Shown: positions 29,001-39,413 of the stretch, in pieces
Layout: each line of letters opens with the position of its first letter
Position numbering within the stretch: position 1 is the stretch's first letter
IMG/VR virus record: IMGVR_UViG_3300046786_000293
Location: 192,001 to 256,000 of that record
Length of the DNA: 64,000 nucleotides
From: a virus
Lineage: Duplodnaviria > Caudoviricetes
Reading direction: 5' to 3' (one strand)
Program-made: the position numbers and the translations under genes
Notes under the pieces: model-generated
Database searches by the model: none
What the model was told of the DNA's origin: nothing
Seen by the model: the letters and a program-made list of their open reading frames with translations, nothing else

Positions 29001-32000
29001 ATATTGTGGAGTATGACACAGTTAGTGTTAAAAACGGCCTAACAAATATTAACAAGAGTTTTTACTACATTAACTCGGTATGGGATGAAGGACAAACTAA
29101 AAGTGGATTAAATCAAGCACCTTTGTTTGATGTATTTGATAATGCTGATATAAGTTTTGGTGATACCACAGTATATCCTAAAACTAGCACCACAGATTCG
29201 TTTAATGGTTGTAAAATTTTTAGTTACAAAGAAGGAACAGGAACAGCAGATCCTGTATTAGGATTCCCTTTAACTTATAAAAACTTTAACAATGTAGGCG
29301 ATATTCAATTTGATAATAATTTTGACACTGATACATTTGTCTACACCGTTGATCGTGTTGACTATACTGAAAATGTAAACAAAGGATTTTTACATTTTAA
29401 TAATGTCGATGGTACTACTACAAACTATAATGTTTGGACTACTGTTATACAAGATAGCAGACAGTGCCAAGACTTAAGTTTCATCTACGACGGAACTAAT
29501 AATTTATTCACCCTAGATATTATTCCAGAAACAGCAACAACATTACCTACATTAAGTGTTTATGTTAATTTTAAACAGTTACCTACTAACAAGTACCAAC
29601 TAATAGTTTTACCATCTAATAAGATTCAATTAATAATTAATCCTTCTAGTATTACTAATAATGATAAAATTGATGTATTAATTTATAGTAACCAGATTAG
29701 TAAATTAGGTTATTTTCAAATACCTGACAATTTAAATTACAATGCACAAAACGCTGATTTAGTTGGACCTACATTAGGCGAAATTAGAAACCATGTCGGC
29801 CAATTAACTGAAAACTCGTTAACCTTTTCAGGAGATTATCCTGGTCCAAGTAATCTACGAGATTTAAATGTTGCAGCACAAGGCGGAACTATTCTACAAC
29901 AAAGCAGTCCAACAACATATGCTAGTATGTTCTTGACCAGCGACAAATATAATTTTGCAGATAGTTTATATTATGCACAACAAGAATATACAAAGTTTAA
30001 AAATAAATTTTTAACTTTGAGTACAACTATCAATCTTCCAAACTATACAAGTCTTGTAGATGTTGTCGATGAAGTTATTAAGAAAATTAATTTAGTTAAA
30101 ACAAGTAGTTTTCCATGGTTTTATAGCGGTATGGTTCCATATGGAGATAGTAAGAATGTTATTACCTATAGCATATTTGACCCTGCTCAACGTAACTATG
30201 AAATAACAAGCATATACGATCCCACAGAGTTAAACAATAAAGCAATTTTAGTTTATTTAAACGGCTCTCAGTTACTGTTCGGACAAGACTATACATTCTT
30301 AACAACTAGTCCGGGTGTTGCTATTTCTGCTGGAGTAGATTTAAATATCAACGATGCGTTAGTAATTCAAGAATATACTAACACTGACGGTAACTGGATT
30401 CCAGAAACACCAACGAAACTTGGAATATATCCAAAGTTTACTCCTGAGATTTATATAGATTATACATATCAGACTCCTACGCAGATGATTCGGGGACATG
30501 ATGGAAGTTTAACACCTGCATTTGGAGACTTTAGAGATACATTATTATTGGAATTAGAAAAACGTATCTACAATAATATTAAGGTAGCATACGATTCTTC
30601 TTTATATAATATCTATGATAGTAAACCAGGTAAATTTAGAGATACCGGTTTCGCTCTGTCGGACTTTAATAGAATTGTAGCAAGATCTTACTTGCGTTGG
30701 ATCGGCACAAACAAGTTAAACTACACAGAGAATACCACTTATGAGTCTGGCGATGCATTTACATTTAACTACGGCAGCAATGCTTCATATGACGTAGTAG
30801 ACCAAGAAGCATTACCTGGCAGTTGGCGTGCGTGCTTTGAATATTATTACGATACCCAGAGTCCAAATACCAGACCATGGGAAATGCTAGGATTCAGCGA
30901 ACAACCTGATTGGTGGGAAGATCGTTACGGCGCCGCTCCGTATACCGCAGGTAATCAAGTTCTTTGGGACGATTTAGAAGCAGGGTATATTGCTAGCGGC
31001 GCCCGCGCAGGTTATGATACAAGATTTGCTCGCCCAGGCCTAAGCGGGTTTATTCCAGTCGATTCAACTGGTAACTTATTACCTCCATTAGGATTGCTAA
31101 CACAAAAATATAATAGAAATTTATTTGATTCTAATTGGTTAGTAGGACAATGGAGTCCAATAGAAACAGCATGGAGAAATAGTAGTGAATATCCGTTTGC
31201 TGCTATGATGGTAGCAGCAGTTACAAATCCTGCAAGATTTTTTGCACTAAGTGTTGCACCACAAAAATATAGATATAATACAGAGCTTGGACAATATCTG
31301 GTCACTGACACTAATTTTAGAATTACACCAGCTGATGTTGATTTGAACGGGTATGTTAATATCAATGGCTCTATAGATCGAAGCGTGGGATATCTAAACT
31401 GGATAGTAGATCACGTTACATCATTAGGGGTATTAAACAAAGATGATTTGTTAAATTTCGTAAGAAATTATACAATTCAACTAAGCTATAGAATGGCAGG
31501 TTTCAGCGGCGCACAATACATTAAAGTATTAGCTACACAGAATAGCCCTAATAGTCAAAACGACAGCGTTATCATTCCAGACAGCGACTTCGATATAGTG
31601 TTGGCTAAATCTACCCCTACTGGTAATCCGCGTTATAGTGCTGTAATTATAGATAAAACTGGAGATGGGTTTAGTGTAAGCGGTTATGATATAGATCATC
31701 CATACTTTACTGTTGTACCGCCTGAATTAACTGGCAACTATGATAATTTAACTGTGGGAAATCTTAGTGCTAAGTTCTACACTGAGTTTAAGACATACAG
31801 TTTAAATATTCCTTACGGTACTACATTTACAACGGTACAAGAAGTTGTAGGATTCCTCGCTAGTTATCAACGATGGTTAAATGCACAAGGATTTAGATTT
31901 GACTATTATGATTCTAATTTAGGCGACATTAGAAACTGGCAACTAAGTTCTAAAGAGTTTTTACTATGGGCACAACAAGGATGGTCGGTAGGAAATCTTT

Positions 32001-35000
32001 TAGTATTAGGCCCATTCGCAAACAGACTAGAATTCTTTAATTCACGTAGTATTGTTGACGGCATCAGTAATACCTTTAACGGCACAAAAGTCACTACTCA
32101 GAATTTTGTGACATTAGATAACGATGCTTACAGTGTAGTTCGTGATGACAATTCATTTAGTTTAACAATTGATGCAAATAATGGCGATATGATCGGTTTA
32201 GCGGATCTTAATCTAGTTCAATACGAGCACGTTATTATTTTCAATAATACAACTCAGTTTAACGATATAATATACGATCCAAGTACAGGTCAGCGTCAGT
32301 ACAGATTAAAAATAGTTGGACAACGTACAGGTGGTTGGACTGGTGCACTAAGCGCCCAAGGCTTTATGTACAACTCACCTGGTGTACAGTTATGGGTATC
32401 CAGCACAGATTACTTAAAGGGCGACTTAGTAGAATATAAAAACTTCTACTATGCGGCCAGCAGAGATTTGCCAGGTACACCTGAATTTAATTTTCCTGAT
32501 TGGTTACCTGTTGATAAAAATAAGATTAAAACAGGATTACTTAATAACTTTGCCACAAATGCAGGATTAGGTGTAAGTTTTTACGAAGTTGATAATATTA
32601 ACTTAGAAAATAAATTTGACACATTTAGCTTGGGCTTAATAGGTTATAGAAACAGAGATTATTTAAATGATTTAGGATTAGATGACACCACTCAAGTTAA
32701 GTTTTATCAGGGCTTTATTAAAGAAAAAGGTACCTTAAATGCTATCAATGCCATGGGCAAGATTACATTTAATAATCAGGCAAGTAATGTATCTATTAAA
32801 GAACAGTGGGGATTTAGAGTAGGTACTTACGGTAGTTTAGAAACAAATCAATTTGTAGAATTAGTAGTAAACGAAGATTATGCACTAAACAATCCTGTAA
32901 GTATACAGACTTACGGCAATCTTGCAGTAACATACGGTTCACTGTACAACTACAGTAATGGAGTTTATAAGACAGCAAACCCAAATTGGCAACCACCATT
33001 CTTATTAAACAGGACCAGCGATAGTTATCGTGCAGATGACATACAAACTGCGGGATTTGTAAACATTGAAGATGTTGACTATACTATTTTTGATTTATCC
33101 GACACCGCAACACTTAGCACTCAGGTTGCTAACCTTGGTGTTGGTAAAATTCTTTGGGCCGCAATAGATTTTTCTAGGGATTGGAATGTTTATAGAATAG
33201 ACAGAACTCCGGCCGCAGTAACAAAACTTAATAATGCATTGAATAATAAGGTATTAGTTACCACTAATGTGTTCCACAACTTATCAGAAAATGATATAGT
33301 AGTAATGAATACGAACGATGTCTTTAGCGGCATTTACAGAGTCGAGCAAATAACATCTTTAGATTCTTTTATTATTAAATTTACAGATTTGCCTAAGACA
33401 TTTAATCAACGCGACTATTTGTCATCTACGTTAAACAAGTTAACTAGTTTACGTTTAGACTATGCGTCTGAAATTATTGACAATAATCCTATCGGCGGAT
33501 GGACAGCAAATAGTAGAGTTTGGGTAAATTCCAATGACAGTAGCGGTTGGGCAGTATACAACAAATCTGAGCCATGGGCTCCTTTTAATAGTTTAGGTAA
33601 GAATATAATAACTCAAGATGGAAATTTTGGTTATAGTGTAGATTTAAATTATAATAGAAATTTTGCGGTAGTTGGAGAACCTGGATCAGGTACAACAGGT
33701 TCTATTACTAATTATAAAGTAGGATCAAACGGCCAATTAAATGAAGATGTTACGGTATCTTCTGTTGTTCCTGACACAGAACGCATGGGTTCTTCTGTAG
33801 TTAGCGGTAAAGAGTTTCTGGCAGTTGGAGCACCGAATAGTGATTCTGACGTTGGTTATGTATTTGTTTACAGCAGAGATTTCCAAGGTTCTATTACTCA
33901 AGTTCAAGTATTGGCACCTCCTACAATAACTGGAACCGAGTTATTTGGTACTAGTTTGGCTATGAGTGCAGATGATCAATGGTTGTATGTAGGGGCACCG
34001 GATAGTGCAAGTGTATATGCTTATGCATATGACGACTTCGTAGAAGAAGGTGTACAGACATTTACTGCAAACGGTAGCGGAGTTGACTTTACTATAAGTG
34101 CATACACTCCGGACTCTGCAGAGTTTATACTAGCAACAGATGCTTTAGGTCAGCAACTAATCGGATCGGTACATTTCACAGTATCTGGGTCTACAATTAC
34201 ATTTGTGAATCCTCCCCCTGCCGGAACTTTAGTTATTAGACAAACAAAAGGTTACCGATTCATTGACGTACTACAAACATCAGGAAGCCCAGCTGATCAG
34301 TTTGGTTATAGTATATCTTGTGCTACAGATGGTGCACAAGTTATAATCGGCGCACCAAATGCCAGTGTCAATGACGGCCTATACACATATATTGGCGCTG
34401 GCTATATTGAAATTTATAATAGAAGTATCAATAACTTTATCACTCAAGTTGGTCAAAATTCGTTTACACTAGATCAACCGATTGGACAAATTAATAAAGT
34501 TCATGTAGATAATGTATTACAAACTTATGGAGTAGAATATTCTATATCAGCTGGTGGGTATCAAATTGATTTTCAAAGCGGATACTATCCGGAAGCAGGT
34601 ACCATTGTTCGAGTAGAAACAAATGTGTTTTCACTAGTAGAACAAAACGTTGCAAATACACCAAGCACTAATGCTAGATTTGGGCAAAGTGTAGATATAT
34701 GCCCAAACAACTGTAGCATTTATGTTGGCGCACCTAGCGAATCTAGTATAAACTATTATAGTGGTGCAGTTTATAGATTCTTAAATCAGGGTAGAATTTT
34801 CGGTACAATTTTGGGATCTGTTCAAAATCCTACAGTAACAATTGGTGACAGTATTTTAATTAACGAGTTTGAAGTTACATTTCCGACAAATACATCGTTA
34901 AGTTATGTTATTAGTAGAATTAATGCTGCAAATATTCCAGGAGTTACTGCTACTAGTGTCAATGGTTATTTGCAAATTGATAGCACTAGTCAAATTAACA

Positions 35001-38000
35001 CAAATAAATTATCGATACTTCCTGGAGTCGGCAACTCTATATCCGACTTGGGATTGGATGTTTATGTAGAAACTCAAAAAATAGAAAACCCAACTAACCA
35101 TGCATATGATTACTTTGGTGAAACAGTCAAGATCAATAATAACAGCAATATACTAGTTGTAGGAAGTAGTCAGGCTATCACTACACAGGCAACAACATTT
35201 GATGTTATTACAGGATATCCTACTACATTTGACGGCGGATCTACAACCTTCCACGACGAAACTCCGAGCGGTGCAGTATGGATAATGAACTACTTGCCTG
35301 ATAGTAGAAATAGTATTACATACCCTGGTACATTTGCGTATGTACAACAGTTAACTATGAATTCGATGTCTAACGTTGACATGCTACCGTATACCAACTT
35401 TGGTCAGGCATTTGATATCGTTGATGACGAGTTACTAGTATCTGCACCGTTAGATGGTAGTCGTACTACTGGCGGCGGAGCAGTTTATCAGTTCAATAAT
35501 GAAAACAATTTATTAGGTTGGGACGTTTACAGAAGCCAAGAAGCTAAAGTAGATATAAGTTCTATTTTAAAAGGATATTTGTATAGCGTAAGTAATCAAA
35601 CAATTATTGATAGCTTAGATTACATCGATCCTGCAAAAGGAAAAATACTAGGCCTTGCAGAGCAAGAAATTTCTTATAGAACAGACTATGATCCTGCAAC
35701 TTATAATAATGTGACAACTGATACGGTGGCAAGTAGTAATACTTTCCATTGGAACAATAGTCAGGTAGGGCAAGTATGGTGGGACTTGTCTACTATGAAG
35801 TATATAGACTACGAACAAGGATCAATTAAGTATAGGACTAATAACTGGGGGAGAGTATTCCCGGGTAGTAGTATCGATGTTTATGAATGGGTTGAAAGTC
35901 TATACCCTCCTAGTCAATATACTGCTAATGGTGGCAGTGGTACACCTAAATACGAAGATAATAGCGCTTATGCTACTAAAGTTTATGTTGATCCTGCAAC
36001 AAATGTTAGCACAATCCTTTACTATTTCTGGGTAAAGAACAAAGATACGGTTACTACAAATCAATTTGGAAGACAAATTCCAACTACAACCATTGCTGAG
36101 TACATCAGGGATCCTAAAAATAGCGGAATAAAATTCTTTGCTACCGTAAGAGATGATAGTATTAGCTTGTATAATGTTGTTGGTATTTTAACTGGTAATG
36201 ATGTTGTTTATCATTTAGATTATGCAACTAAACTTAATAGTAATATTATTCACAGTGAGTACGCACTAATAAGCGAAGGTGATACGACAGCTGACGTTAT
36301 TCCTCAAAATATCTACAATAAATTATTGGATAGTTTAAGCGGAACAGATACATTTGGAAATCCAGTCCCCGACGTAAGATTACCAGTACAAAGTAGATAT
36401 GGTATAGATATTCGTCCGCGCCAGTCTATGTTTATCGATAACAAGACAGCTATTCAACAAATGGTAGATTTTGTCAATAGCGTATTTGCAAAAAATATTA
36501 TCACACAAGGTTACGATTTATCAGGTCTTACAAATAGCGAAGAATATCCGCCAGGAGCACCCACAACTATAGCATGGGCACCTAATACATTCTTTGTTAA
36601 AGATCAAATTATTTCTTATGATTATACTGCGTACATCGCCTTAAACAACTTTACCAGTGGATCGACATTTACACAAGGCTTAGATCTATTAGAATATTTC
36701 TACTACGATTTGATGGTAGCAAATATAGAAGAATTGGGTTATATTAATGTTTCTACTATATCTCCTGGGTATAAAGTATTAGTGCAAGAGGATACCACAG
36801 TTGACGGGCTTTGGACTATATACACTCTTCAGTCTAATTCAACTTGGTTATTGAGCAAAGTAGAGAATTACAAGACGTCTGACTATTGGAGTTTTGTTGA
36901 TTGGTATGCTGACGGATTTGATAACACAGTTCGTCCTAATTACACCATTGCTACGATTGCCGATATTGTCAATTTACCGTTACAAAATTCTGACATTGTT
37001 AAAGTTTTAAACAATGGGCAAGGCCAATGGACACTATTACAAGTATTTCCCAATATTGTAACTACTATAGGAATACAAAATGGTACTATTGAATTAAGCA
37101 CATCTTTATATTCTGGTTACGGTTTTGATATTGAAAATTTTGATAATGATAGATTTGATCAAAGCCCAAGTATTGAAATAAGAAAAATACTTGATGCATT
37201 GAGAAATGATATTTTCATTAATCAACTAAGTCCAGAGTTTATTTCCTTATTCTTTGTATTTGTTTATTATGTACTAGACGAACAAAAATATGTCGATTGG
37301 GCATTTAAAACTAGTTTCATTGATATTATACAAAAAGTCGCAGGATTAGATCAGCCTCAATTATACAACAGAGATAATCAAACTTACTACAGACAATATA
37401 TCGAGGAAGTAAAACCGTATCATACTACTATTAAAGAGTATATCATTGACTATGAGGGCAATGACAACTTTAATGGTTATGTAACAGACTTTGACTTGCC
37501 CGCATATTTTGATCCAGTACTACAAATATATCGCAGTCCTAGCGGCGAATTTGCCGAAGATATCCGCGCATTACAACAACCACAATATAGAGATTGGTTA
37601 TTAAATTATACGTATGTAATCGATTCTATAGAGATAGTTAATGGAGGATCTGGTTACGCAACTGCACCTACAGTGACAATTACAGGTAGTACAATAGGCA
37701 ATGACGCGGTTGCAAGGGCATATGTTGCCAATGGTGTAGTAACTCGAATTGATGTATTGTATTCGGGTACAAATTATGTAACTCAGCCAGTGATTACATT
37801 TGAAGGCGGATCAACTACTCCTGCAATTGCATATGCTAGACTTACAAACGGAAAGATTAGAAGCATTAAGACTACATTAGTCTACGATAGAATTACTTAC
37901 GGAACTGAAGTTGCGGAGTGGACGTCAAATACTACATATGATCAAGGTTCGTTGTTAGCATATAATGGAACAGCATATGTTGTCAACACAACATTTACTA

Positions 38001-39373
38001 GTGGAAATAGTTTTGTTGGTAGTAATCTAACAGTATATCCAGCATACAAGTTAGGTTCTGCCAACGACAGAATTCAATCCTATTATGAACCAGAAACTGG
38101 ACTACCGGGAAAGAGTTTTGATTTATTACAATCCGGAATCACTTATCCTGGCGTGACAGTCGAAGGATTGGAATTTACCGAATCTAGAACATTAGATGCA
38201 AATATTGAAAGTTACTATGCTGATACGGAACTAGGCACCAGACCTGAAGATATTATAATTGATGGTGGCGGCTATGTTGATCCGTATAGTAGTCATGCGC
38301 CCGAAGAATTAATTCCTGGAAGAACATTCGATACGTTAAACATGACGGTAACTACATTTGCTACAGATTGCACATCTAGCAGTTATGTTGATTGGGTAGC
38401 AAACAACGCATTTTACGTGTCTGACATTCTTATATTAGACGGGGGTCTGGGTTATTCTGATGACGATGTTGCTATTACAATTTCAGGCGGCGGAGCTGTA
38501 ACAGATGCAACAATTAGTAATATAGTGCTTGACGCGAATGGAACTATTATTAGCGCCAATGTTACAGCAGAAGGTATTGGATATACGTCATTTCCTAATG
38601 TAACTATTACCGGCGGCAATATCAGCACAGCTACTGCATCTGTCAGATTATCACCAACAAATGCGCCAAGTTCATCTGAGCCATATCCTACGTTCTCGTA
38701 TAGGATTGTTAAGACATTGAATACTTTATATATTGATCCGTTAGATGCATCGGGTGATAGCAATGTAACTTACAGTTTCTATAGAATAGATCCAGCAGCT
38801 ACAACTACTTTAAGCTCTGATCTTGGTTTAACTGATACAGAAATTGCTGTAATAGATGCTAGTGTGTTGTTTGACCCGCAGCCAGAAAATAATATTCCTG
38901 GAGTAATCTATATAAACGGCGAAAGAATAACATATTATCAAAGATTCCTTGCTAACAGTACGTTGGGACAGATTCGCAGAGGAACGGGCGGAACGGGCGC
39001 TATCGAGCACGTGGCAGGAAGTGGAGTAGTAGATGCTAGTCCTCTACAGGTAGTTCCATTATCTGCGCCAGTAGGGTATTCGTTCTTAGTTAATACAATT
39101 GCACAGACTACTTCAGCAAATACAACTCCAAACGCCATTGGAACTTATACATTCTTGACGGGCAACATATATGTTCGTAGCAATTTATGGCTAAGTCCAG
39201 GATTAGGAAGCCAGGAAATTGTGGCAGAATATGTAGGAAACGTTTCAATTGATCCAATTACAACAGAGTCGGGCGATGTGTTAATTACTGACGGAGAAGA
39301 TTATCCAACTCCTGCAGATGGCATGGGCTTATATAATAGCACAACTATACAAGCTATTTTTGTAAAGAGTTAA
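26021..39373 (+). CDS. giant (4450 aa) virion structural protein of the baseplate/fibre module, containing a YHYH-like domain, FG-GAP/beta-propeller repeats and short carbohydrate-binding-like modules
   Basis: Uninterrupted 13.35-kb ORF. HSKIIGFAKDGYPIYGPWG and LDQYNGRYCVTPDFPNGTYAYF (YHYH family); repeated FGYSV/FG.S.....VG.P; W..NT.Y..G..V.Y modules. Confidence 0.8.
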   Translation: MPVTKTLSFLPAVFRSDANQKFLNATLDQLVTEPNLQPISGFVGRKFSPGFTGIDTYIKEPSALRADYQLEPSVIVKDPVTDDVEFHVTYPEVLQTVNYLGGNVANPNNLWSSEYYSYNPHINYDAFINFGQYYWLPNGPDPVDVFANTVDLERTFYVYPNDGAQVYNLSGFGLINNPELVLARGGTYTFKLDQPNKPFWIQTDPGTSGKQLVNINLSSREVYGVNNNGLDFGDVTFTVPQKSDQDFYINLPLFTTVDFVTTLKYSQIDGQLLSDIVANYGGIDGQTDNLDGKTFIFGQYYESDADWTVGTGTVPLVERYNVCQIVLTPTGTGDYIFSVTTNYAVLPSNNKVHITTGVDYGNTDWYKTIINTLEQIPVITAPLDVLYYQDGVNANQVGTIRIVEVNNTEINVDTDILGKLNYISPNGVTFTNGLKIKFDSSVTPAAYQNNQYYVDGVGTGITLTLVSNLTVNFASDETNYNPTLYYVDTATSAILSSTKDQLTITTDNAVTSSNIAYGQFPNDNNPYYITAQDKTYNYPYRAGQDTQGDHTSIVYKTDTLGVTYPGVPINGVNNGWYVPGAGGVKWYYDVSQIKVNGQDEYGGYADEQGFYIYRDSTFITANAWANVTGFVDGTTYASGHSKIIGFAKDGYPIYGPWGYDDPTSANSSIVRMTSSYSVSSNAAGRPSSQTVTVTANVLTGNVITVSSTFGLNPGMRITTNDASITSGNLWIIDNGLKTAVGPDEYIYGTNQITLNANIQTELPSGLFAGSSLTFEFLPGAFIEDYTYDQGSGTLDQYNGRYCVTPDFPNGTYAYFATQDISGTPVYPYFIGRAYYGSTEIDTNTSLTTPDYIIINRSSRDLNPWTRRNRWFHKDVIGATAIYNNTVAVFDQDFRAKRPIIEFNPNFQLFDFGKNGLAPVDLFDTTTTEPFLTIEGSMEAQIDGIYVTEGMRLIFSADQDPDTRGKIWVVNFVNETTTDPNDPKVIHLELAADGNIVEYDTVSVKNGLTNINKSFYYINSVWDEGQTKSGLNQAPLFDVFDNADISFGDTTVYPKTSTTDSFNGCKIFSYKEGTGTADPVLGFPLTYKNFNNVGDIQFDNNFDTDTFVYTVDRVDYTENVNKGFLHFNNVDGTTTNYNVWTTVIQDSRQCQDLSFIYDGTNNLFTLDIIPETATTLPTLSVYVNFKQLPTNKYQLIVLPSNKIQLIINPSSITNNDKIDVLIYSNQISKLGYFQIPDNLNYNAQNADLVGPTLGEIRNHVGQLTENSLTFSGDYPGPSNLRDLNVAAQGGTILQQSSPTTYASMFLTSDKYNFADSLYYAQQEYTKFKNKFLTLSTTINLPNYTSLVDVVDEVIKKINLVKTSSFPWFYSGMVPYGDSKNVITYSIFDPAQRNYEITSIYDPTELNNKAILVYLNGSQLLFGQDYTFLTTSPGVAISAGVDLNINDALVIQEYTNTDGNWIPETPTKLGIYPKFTPEIYIDYTYQTPTQMIRGHDGSLTPAFGDFRDTLLLELEKRIYNNIKVAYDSSLYNIYDSKPGKFRDTGFALSDFNRIVARSYLRWIGTNKLNYTENTTYESGDAFTFNYGSNASYDVVDQEALPGSWRACFEYYYDTQSPNTRPWEMLGFSEQPDWWEDRYGAAPYTAGNQVLWDDLEAGYIASGARAGYDTRFARPGLSGFIPVDSTGNLLPPLGLLTQKYNRNLFDSNWLVGQWSPIETAWRNSSEYPFAAMMVAAVTNPARFFALSVAPQKYRYNTELGQYLVTDTNFRITPADVDLNGYVNINGSIDRSVGYLNWIVDHVTSLGVLNKDDLLNFVRNYTIQLSYRMAGFSGAQYIKVLATQNSPNSQNDSVIIPDSDFDIVLAKSTPTGNPRYSAVIIDKTGDGFSVSGYDIDHPYFTVVPPELTGNYDNLTVGNLSAKFYTEFKTYSLNIPYGTTFTTVQEVVGFLASYQRWLNAQGFRFDYYDSNLGDIRNWQLSSKEFLLWAQQGWSVGNLLVLGPFANRLEFFNSRSIVDGISNTFNGTKVTTQNFVTLDNDAYSVVRDDNSFSLTIDANNGDMIGLADLNLVQYEHVIIFNNTTQFNDIIYDPSTGQRQYRLKIVGQRTGGWTGALSAQGFMYNSPGVQLWVSSTDYLKGDLVEYKNFYYAASRDLPGTPEFNFPDWLPVDKNKIKTGLLNNFATNAGLGVSFYEVDNINLENKFDTFSLGLIGYRNRDYLNDLGLDDTTQVKFYQGFIKEKGTLNAINAMGKITFNNQASNVSIKEQWGFRVGTYGSLETNQFVELVVNEDYALNNPVSIQTYGNLAVTYGSLYNYSNGVYKTANPNWQPPFLLNRTSDSYRADDIQTAGFVNIEDVDYTIFDLSDTATLSTQVANLGVGKILWAAIDFSRDWNVYRIDRTPAAVTKLNNALNNKVLVTTNVFHNLSENDIVVMNTNDVFSGIYRVEQITSLDSFIIKFTDLPKTFNQRDYLSSTLNKLTSLRLDYASEIIDNNPIGGWTANSRVWVNSNDSSGWAVYNKSEPWAPFNSLGKNIITQDGNFGYSVDLNYNRNFAVVGEPGSGTTGSITNYKVGSNGQLNEDVTVSSVVPDTERMGSSVVSGKEFLAVGAPNSDSDVGYVFVYSRDFQGSITQVQVLAPPTITGTELFGTSLAMSADDQWLYVGAPDSASVYAYAYDDFVEEGVQTFTANGSGVDFTISAYTPDSAEFILATDALGQQLIGSVHFTVSGSTITFVNPPPAGTLVIRQTKGYRFIDVLQTSGSPADQFGYSISCATDGAQVIIGAPNASVNDGLYTYIGAGYIEIYNRSINNFITQVGQNSFTLDQPIGQINKVHVDNVLQTYGVEYSISAGGYQIDFQSGYYPEAGTIVRVETNVFSLVEQNVANTPSTNARFGQSVDICPNNCSIYVGAPSESSINYYSGAVYRFLNQGRIFGTILGSVQNPTVTIGDSILINEFEVTFPTNTSLSYVISRINAANIPGVTATSVNGYLQIDSTSQINTNKLSILPGVGNSISDLGLDVYVETQKIENPTNHAYDYFGETVKINNNSNILVVGSSQAITTQATTFDVITGYPTTFDGGSTTFHDETPSGAVWIMNYLPDSRNSITYPGTFAYVQQLTMNSMSNVDMLPYTNFGQAFDIVDDELLVSAPLDGSRTTGGGAVYQFNNENNLLGWDVYRSQEAKVDISSILKGYLYSVSNQTIIDSLDYIDPAKGKILGLAEQEISYRTDYDPATYNNVTTDTVASSNTFHWNNSQVGQVWWDLSTMKYIDYEQGSIKYRTNNWGRVFPGSSIDVYEWVESLYPPSQYTANGGSGTPKYEDNSAYATKVYVDPATNVSTILYYFWVKNKDTVTTNQFGRQIPTTTIAEYIRDPKNSGIKFFATVRDDSISLYNVVGILTGNDVVYHLDYATKLNSNIIHSEYALISEGDTTADVIPQNIYNKLLDSLSGTDTFGNPVPDVRLPVQSRYGIDIRPRQSMFIDNKTAIQQMVDFVNSVFAKNIITQGYDLSGLTNSEEYPPGAPTTIAWAPNTFFVKDQIISYDYTAYIALNNFTSGSTFTQGLDLLEYFYYDLMVANIEELGYINVSTISPGYKVLVQEDTTVDGLWTIYTLQSNSTWLLSKVENYKTSDYWSFVDWYADGFDNTVRPNYTIATIADIVNLPLQNSDIVKVLNNGQGQWTLLQVFPNIVTTIGIQNGTIELSTSLYSGYGFDIENFDNDRFDQSPSIEIRKILDALRNDIFINQLSPEFISLFFVFVYYVLDEQKYVDWAFKTSFIDIIQKVAGLDQPQLYNRDNQTYYRQYIEEVKPYHTTIKEYIIDYEGNDNFNGYVTDFDLPAYFDPVLQIYRSPSGEFAEDIRALQQPQYRDWLLNYTYVIDSIEIVNGGSGYATAPTVTITGSTIGNDAVARAYVANGVVTRIDVLYSGTNYVTQPVITFEGGSTTPAIAYARLTNGKIRSIKTTLVYDRITYGTEVAEWTSNTTYDQGSLLAYNGTAYVVNTTFTSGNSFVGSNLTVYPAYKLGSANDRIQSYYEPETGLPGKSFDLLQSGITYPGVTVEGLEFTESRTLDANIESYYADTELGTRPEDIIIDGGGYVDPYSSHAPEELIPGRTFDTLNMTVTTFATDCTSSSYVDWVANNAFYVSDILILDGGLGYSDDDVAITISGGGAVTDATISNIVLDANGTIISANVTAEGIGYTSFPNVTITGGNISTATASVRLSPTNAPSSSEPYPTFSYRIVKTLNTLYIDPLDASGDSNVTYSFYRIDPAATTTLSSDLGLTDTEIAVIDASVLFDPQPENNIPGVIYINGERITYYQRFLANSTLGQIRRGTGGTGAIEHVAGSGVVDASPLQVVPLSAPVGYSFLVNTIAQTTSANTTPNAIGTYTFLTGNIYVRSNLWLSPGLGSQEIVAEYVGNVSIDPITTESGDVLITDGEDYPTPADGMGLYNSTTIQAIFVKS

Positions 39374-39413
39374 AAGAAAACGAACAATAAATATAGAATA
39401 GATAGGGCAAAAA

